Sequence record: LC788706.1
DNA from: Escherichia coli phage KS_S14
Reading direction: 5' to 3' (one strand)
DNA: 64,000 bases
Made by a program: the position numbers and the translations under genes. The notes under the pieces were generated by a model. The model was not told the origin of the DNA. It made no database searches and was given only the letters and a program-made list of their open reading frames with translations. The number at the start of each line of letters is the position of its first letter. Position 1 is the first letter of the stretch. Below, one piece after another: positions 60,411-64,000 of this stretch.

Positions 60411-61398
60411 TTAAGCCGGCAGTTTAGCCTGCAGACCAGCCAGAGTCTGAGTGATAGCACCAAGACTTACAGCGATTTGATTAATTACCTGACCGTTAGC
60501 ACCGGTACCCGCAGCGATTGCTTCACGTAGGCGACATGCATCTAACTCATCCTGAATACGCGCAGTAGTTACACCAGCGATCGCAGTCTGAAGTTCACAG
60601 CAACATTCAGCGATCTGACGTTCCAGAGAGTTCTGGTTAGCACACATCTGAGCCTGAACAGCGACAAACTGGTTATTAGTTTGTAAAGTCTGCTGGAAAG
60701 CGATCTGTGCAGAATCAAACTTATCTTGTGCACGAGCTATCTGGTTAGCTGCGAAAGATTGATCGATCTGGCGAGAAAGATCGAACTGACCCTGAATAAC
60801 GTTGCGGGTTTCCTGGCAGATCTGATTAGACAGATTAGCACCTGTACCATAGATCGTAGTTAGTACAGACTGAGTATCACGGCTCTGGTTTTGGGATGTC
60901 TGGCTAAAACCATTGTTAACTGCGCTTAAAACAGCTCCAGTACCCTGGTTAGCTTCTGTACGAGTAGTGTTAATAGCTGCTAGAATACTAGCGGTATCTT
61001 GGTTCTGAAGTACTGCATCAACTGCGGTACCTTCACCAACTACACCACGTCCACCGAATCCACCGAAACCACCGAATCCGCCTGTTAATAGAGCACCGAT
61101 TAGGATAGCTCCGAATAGACCCATACCTTCCCCACCGAAAGCACCTGCGTTTGCTGGATAACCACCCAGTAGGCCAGGGAAGCCACTAGTGAATACGTTT
61201 ACTGGTTCTTGCATTTTATGTTTTCCATATTTATGACAATGCTCATCATCGTCATCTTCTTCATCATCGTGTTCACGATGTTTTTCTTCGTAGGCTCTGA
61301 CCTTCTCCCACTTTTTCTTATCTGATTCCTCGTGACGGTGCAGTTCTGCTGCAACGCTAGCGACGGTCTCAGGACTCTTAGCTACTTCTTCTGTCATT
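60411..61398 (-). CDS. glycine-zipper membrane protein with acidic/His-rich N-terminus and Gln/Asn/Thr-rich C-terminal region
   Basis: Start taken at MTEEVAK with RBS aggagg (ORF-track start 61457); GMGLFGAILIGALLTGGFGGFGGFGG segment. Confidence 0.5.
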
Positions 61399-61469
61399 TT
61401 TTGACACCTCCTAGTATATAGAAAATGTGTGTCTCTTTGATCACTCATCCATAACATATACTTTACACT

Positions 61470-61515
61470 ACCCCAGCGAAAATGTCAAGGGGTCTTTAAA
61501 AATTGCCCCCGGATT
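61470..61515 (-). promoter_or_regulatory. sigma70-like promoter (TTGACA type, minus strand) upstream of Gly-zipper/Q-rich gene pair
   Basis: Minus strand reads CCCTTGACATTTTCGCTGGGGTAGTGTAAAGTAT (TTGACA, 17 bp, TAAAGT). Confidence 0.4.
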
Positions 61516-61594
61516 TTTAGTGGGGTCACAAATTTTGGTCCTCACCACTTATCTGCTACCCTTAAGTGCCCTATGATTTTCCTCTAAAAAGTTA

Positions 61595-61640
61595 AAAAAT
61601 TTGATTGCTTGAATGCTAAATTCTCTGTATAATATATCTA
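61595..61640 (+). promoter_or_regulatory. T5-type early promoter
   Basis: TTGCTT (61605-10), 17 bp, TATAAT (61628-33). Confidence 0.65.
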
Positions 61641-61663
61641 TAAATTTGAGAGAGGAACCAAAT

Positions 61664-62182
61664 ATGAATGTTGATGAACTAACAGAACATCTCTTATCTA
61701 GAGGGTTTGATACAGATAAATATCACTGCTGGCTAAGCCCAGAAGGATGGCTAACAGTCCCATTGTATGACTTCTCTGGGATGTTGAGAGGCTATCAGAC
61801 TTATAATCCTTCTGCTCCAAAAGGTCATGGTAAACGCCCCTTTGAAGCTAGATATTTTACTTATTCTACTACACAGTGTGTAGGGGGACTAGAAACTCTC
61901 AATGGAGACGAAAAAGTAGTATTGATTGCTGAATCTGTATTTAAGGCAGTTGCGTTACATAACGCTGGTTATCCAGCCCTGGCAATGTTGGGTTCTTCCC
62001 CTGGAAAAGCGTTGTTAAAGCAATTGAAATTACTACCTTTTAAATTGGTAGCTGTTGGGGATAATGATCCTGCTGGTGAAAAATTTGCTAGACAATTAAA
62101 TGGATTTGTTTCTCCTGTAGATGTGGATGAGATGTCTACCGAAAACTTGAAAAATTTTCTTGCTATGAAGCTAAATTTCTAA
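61664..62182 (+). CDS. Toprim-like small protein
   Basis: ATG 61664 with RBS gagagga; IAESVF (Glu) and VGDNDPAG (DxD) Toprim-like. Confidence 0.45.
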   Translation: MNVDELTEHLLSRGFDTDKYHCWLSPEGWLTVPLYDFSGMLRGYQTYNPSAPKGHGKRPFEARYFTYSTTQCVGGLETLNGDEKVVLIAESVFKAVALHNAGYPALAMLGSSPGKALLKQLKLLPFKLVAVGDNDPAGEKFARQLNGFVSPVDVDEMSTENLKNFLAMKLNF

Positions 62183-62195
62183 TATAATATATTTA
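62155..62195 (+). promoter_or_regulatory. T5-type promoter immediately upstream of tRNA-Ser
   Basis: TTGCTA (62160-65), 18 bp, TATAAT (62184-89); lies in 3' end of preceding ORF. Confidence 0.55.
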
Positions 62196-62202
62196 TAAAT
62201 TC

Positions 62203-62291
62203 GGAAGAATAGCATAACGGTATTGCAGCAGATTGCTAATCTGTCGGTTTGAAATATAGCCTTGTGGGTTCGATTCCCACTTCTTCCGCCA
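62203..62291 (+). tRNA. tRNA-Ser (anticodon GCT), long variable arm
   Basis: Acceptor GGAAGAA/TTCTTCC, 3-bp D-stem, anticodon stem GCAGA/TCTGT, loop TTGCTAA, long variable arm, T-arm GTGGG-TTCGATT-CCCAC, encoded CCA. Confidence 0.7.
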
Positions 62292-62297
62292 AATTCT

Positions 62298-62375
62298 GGT
62301 TCTCAAGCTCATATGGTATGAGCACCCGGCTCATAACCGGAAGGTACGTAGGTTCGAATCCTCGGGGAGCCACCA
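62298..62375 (+). tRNA. tRNA with CAT anticodon (Met or Ile2-type), weak T-stem
   Basis: Acceptor GGTTCTC/GGGAGCC with G-U pairs, D-stem GCTC/GAGC, anticodon loop CTCATAA, TTCGAAT T-loop but only 3 T-stem pairs; encoded CCA. Confidence 0.45.
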
Positions 62376-62395
62376 ACTTAATTAGGGGATTACAA

Positions 62396-62584
62396 GTGGA
62401 ATTATACATAGTTTATGTTGTGTTTATTCAAGATAGAGAATACCCTGATGAATATAAAAAAGGATATAGGTTAGCCAGAGCTACTTCTGAAGCCCAAGCT
62501 ATGGATAAAGTGGCAGATTATATGCTTACAGTAGAAAACGTACACTACATCGACTACCTTGAAGCCTCAAAAGTAATTGACTAA
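62396..62584 (+). CDS. hypothetical small protein
   Basis: 62-aa ORF from GTG 62396 after RBS aggggat; the longer ORF-track ORF from 62249 overlaps tRNA genes. Confidence 0.3.
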   Translation: MELYIVYVVFIQDREYPDEYKKGYRLARATSEAQAMDKVADYMLTVENVHYIDYLEASKVID

Positions 62585-62591
62585 ACTACAC

Positions 62592-62668
62592 GGGGGTGTA
62601 ATCGAATTGGCATAGGTACTGGACTTAAAATTCAGGTTTTGTGGGTTCGAATCCCACCACCCCTACCA
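62592..62668 (+). tRNA. tRNA with TAA anticodon (Leu-like) and short variable loop
   Basis: Acceptor GGGGGTG/CACCCCT, anticodon stem CTGGA/TTCAG, loop CTTAAAA, T-arm GTGGG-TTCGAAT-CCCAC, encoded CCA; short variable loop is atypical for Leu. Confidence 0.5.
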
Positions 62669-62843
62669 AATTAAGGAAATAAGATGTATAGACACCCACC
62701 TCCGCCAACACGTCGTTCTAGAGAAGTTATCCTCATGGAATTGACTAAAAACTTCAAGGCAACTCTTGAGGATAGAGATTTAGGCACGGATGAAGACATT
62801 GATTTTATTTGTAGACTATTAAAGATGAAACTGGAGAAACAAC

Positions 62844-63050
62844 ATGGCTAATCCTGAAATTACCATGCAACGATTCATGGCTAAAGGCATGATAGCTGAG
62901 GCAGGCATTGAACAAGAAGTAAAAAGTTATTACGAACAGATTAAGGGTATTGTAGACTCGGCTAAAAACACCGGAGAAAAAGAACATGGTGCGGCAATTA
63001 TGGCTATAACTCTTATTAGTCTAGACTTGGCCGAAGAATCTGGAGTTTAG
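62844..63050 (+). CDS. hypothetical protein
   Basis: 68-aa ORF, RBS ggaga. Confidence 0.4.
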   Translation: MANPEITMQRFMAKGMIAEAGIEQEVKSYYEQIKGIVDSAKNTGEKEHGAAIMAITLISLDLAEESGV

Positions 63051-63069
63051 CTCCTCCAAACAGAATTTT

Positions 63070-63115
63070 TAAAAATGTACTTGCCTTTTGCTTTAAATTT
63101 CTGATATAATAGTTG
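63070..63115 (+). promoter_or_regulatory. T5-type early promoter
   Basis: TTGCCT (63081-86), 18 bp, TATAAT (63105-10). Confidence 0.6.
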
Positions 63116-63140
63116 TATAAATTGATGAAGGAGTTAACGA

Positions 63141-63416
63141 ATGCAAAATCGTGTTATAGCAACTGGTATTGAAAGTGCAATCTGCAAATCCTGGGAAGAC
63201 TGGGAAGGTGAGATTGAGTGGCTCTATCTCTATAACGTAGAGCTTTTACCAGAAGTTAAAGCTGAATGTATTGAAGCTGGCATGGCTCCAGATGCAAAAG
63301 CTGATATTGATATTTTAATGTCTGAACTTAAAGGTCGTGTAGTTACTGTTAGTACTGAGGGTGAAGAAGTTTTTGAACTTCCGTTCTCCTTAACTGTCAC
63401 TCCTAAGTTCGACTAA
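63141..63416 (+). CDS. hypothetical acidic protein
   Basis: 91-aa ORF, RBS gaaggag, T5-type promoter upstream. Confidence 0.45.
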   Translation: MQNRVIATGIESAICKSWEDWEGEIEWLYLYNVELLPEVKAECIEAGMAPDAKADIDILMSELKGRVVTVSTEGEEVFELPFSLTVTPKFD

Positions 63417-63424
63417 CTAATACA

Positions 63425-63463
63425 GCACTGAGCAAGTTCTTCAAAATTTGACTTGCTCAGTGC
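63425..63463 (+). terminator. inverted-repeat hairpin overlapping promoter -35
   Basis: 12-bp arms GCACTGAGCAAG / CTTGCTCAGTGC. Confidence 0.45.
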
Positions 63464-63485
63464 CTTAAAACTTGGTATAATAGTT
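63440..63485 (+). promoter_or_regulatory. T5-type promoter upstream of tRNA-Tyr/Glu cluster
   Basis: TTGCTC (63453-58), 17 bp, TATAAT (63476-81); -35 lies in 3' arm of an inverted repeat. Confidence 0.55.
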
Positions 63486-63544
63486 ATCTAATTCGGAAAC
63501 ATATTTAAAAGTGTTTAAACTAGTATTTGAATACTTTTAAATAT

Positions 63545-63635
63545 GTTGGATTAGTATCGTAGAGGTAGCGAAGCAGACTGTAAATCTGCCGACTCGGAAG
63601 GGTCTCGGGTGGTTCGACTCCATCATCCAACACCA
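63545..63635 (+). tRNA. tRNA-Tyr (anticodon GTA), long variable arm
   Basis: Acceptor GTTGGAT/ATCCAAC, anticodon stem GCAGA/TCTGC, loop CTGTAAA, long variable arm, T-arm GGTGG-TTCGACT-CCATC, encoded CCA. Confidence 0.7.
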
Positions 63636-63642
63636 AATTTAA

Positions 63643-63719
63643 GTCCTGTTAGACAAACTGGTAAAGTCACTACCCTTTCAAGGTAGGGTTTGCGGGTTCG
63701 ATCCCCGCACAGGACCCCA
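63643..63719 (+). tRNA. tRNA-Glu (anticodon TTC)
   Basis: Acceptor GTCCTGT/ACAGGAC, anticodon stem CTACC/GGTAG, loop CTTTCAA, T-arm GCGGG-TTCGATC-CCCGC, encoded CCA. Confidence 0.7.
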
Positions 63720-63728
63720 ATTAATAAT

Positions 63729-63796
63729 TGGGGTACGCATAGGTTGCAAATGGGCCTCCAAAACCCATGAAAAGGTTTCGAATACCTTTACCCCTG
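63729..63796 (+). tRNA. tRNA-like element with 9-nt anticodon-like loop, no CCA
   Basis: Perfect T-arm AAGGT-TTCGAAT-ACCTT, acceptor-like GGGGTA/TACCCC, 5-bp stem ATGGG/CCCAT enclosing 9-nt loop CCTCCAAAA, minimal D-arm. Confidence 0.3.
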
Positions 63797-63805
63797 CTAA
63801 AATTT

Positions 63806-63880
63806 GCACCTTTAGCTGAGATGGATTAGCGCTTGCCTGAAGAGCTTGAGAGGTTCGTTCGATACGAACAGGGTGCACCA
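63806..63880 (+). tRNA. tRNA, anticodon ambiguous (GAA or CTG)
   Basis: Acceptor GCACCTT/AGGGTGC, D-stem GCTG/TAGC, T-arm GTTCG-TTCGATA-CGAAC, encoded CCA; anticodon stem has two alternative registers. Confidence 0.5.
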
Positions 63881-63892
63881 AATTGAAGGAGA

Positions 63893-64000
63893 TGCTGATG
63901 CATCCTGAAAACTTCTTTATTTACTGCGCGGATAAGTCGCTGAAACGTAGAATTAACAAAGTCTATCATTATCGTGTTAGTCAACAGCCTTATGTATACG
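63893..64000 (+). CDS. hypothetical protein, 5' partial at window edge
   Basis: ATG after RBS aaggag, open to window end. Confidence 0.3.

Noticed and set aside
62249-62584. 111-aa ORF-track ORF spanning two tRNA genes
   Set aside because: Its first half is tRNA sequence (CAT-anticodon tRNA and flanks); only the distal part from GTG 62396 was retained as a low-confidence small ORF
63678-63881. 67-aa minus-strand ORF
   Set aside because: Lies entirely across tRNA-Glu, the tRNA-like element and the following tRNA
1-64000. CRISPR arrays, integrase, transposase or other mobile-element hallmarks
   Set aside because: No direct-repeat/spacer periodicity, no recombinase-like ORFs and no terminal inverted repeats were seen; the only mobile-element-like feature is the HNH endonuclease gene

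Overview
This window reads as a contiguous segment of a T5-like siphophage genome (Tequintavirus-like), inferred from gene order, protein sizes and motifs read directly from the ORF track; no database search was run. Layout: (1) 37-17228, plus strand, tail morphogenesis (tail tube with Ig-like domain, chaperone pair, 1226-aa tape measure, Dit/hub/central-fibre homologues, collar, and a multi-gene L-shaped side-fibre locus); (2) 17285-44293, minus strand, early replication/recombination genes (dUTPase, flap endonuclease, SbcCD-like pair, helicases, family-A DNA polymerase, primase, DnaB-like helicase, split NAD-dependent ligase, NrdD) plus a tightly coupled accessory operon containing a Sir2-family protein; (3) 44646-52214, plus strand, nucleotide metabolism (PhoH, NrdAB, DHFR, ThyA, HNH endonuclease, RNase H); (4) 52291-64000, small-ORF/tRNA region with repeated strong T5-type early promoters (AT-rich UP, TTGCTA, 17-18 bp, TATAAT), hairpin terminators and at least seven tRNA genes with encoded CCA ends. 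No CRISPR array, integrase or transposase was seen. Best candidates for undescribed biology: the Sir2/HAD/duplicated-small-protein operon (39132-42319), the side-fibre locus with a LamG-like domain and a G6-run frameshift (13502-17228), a NADAR-family protein (52572-53021), a Gly-zipper plus Q-rich two-gene unit with its own TTGACA promoter (59973-61510), and non-canonical tRNA-like and structured RNA elements in the tRNA region. tRNA coordinates and anticodons were folded by hand and need confirmation.
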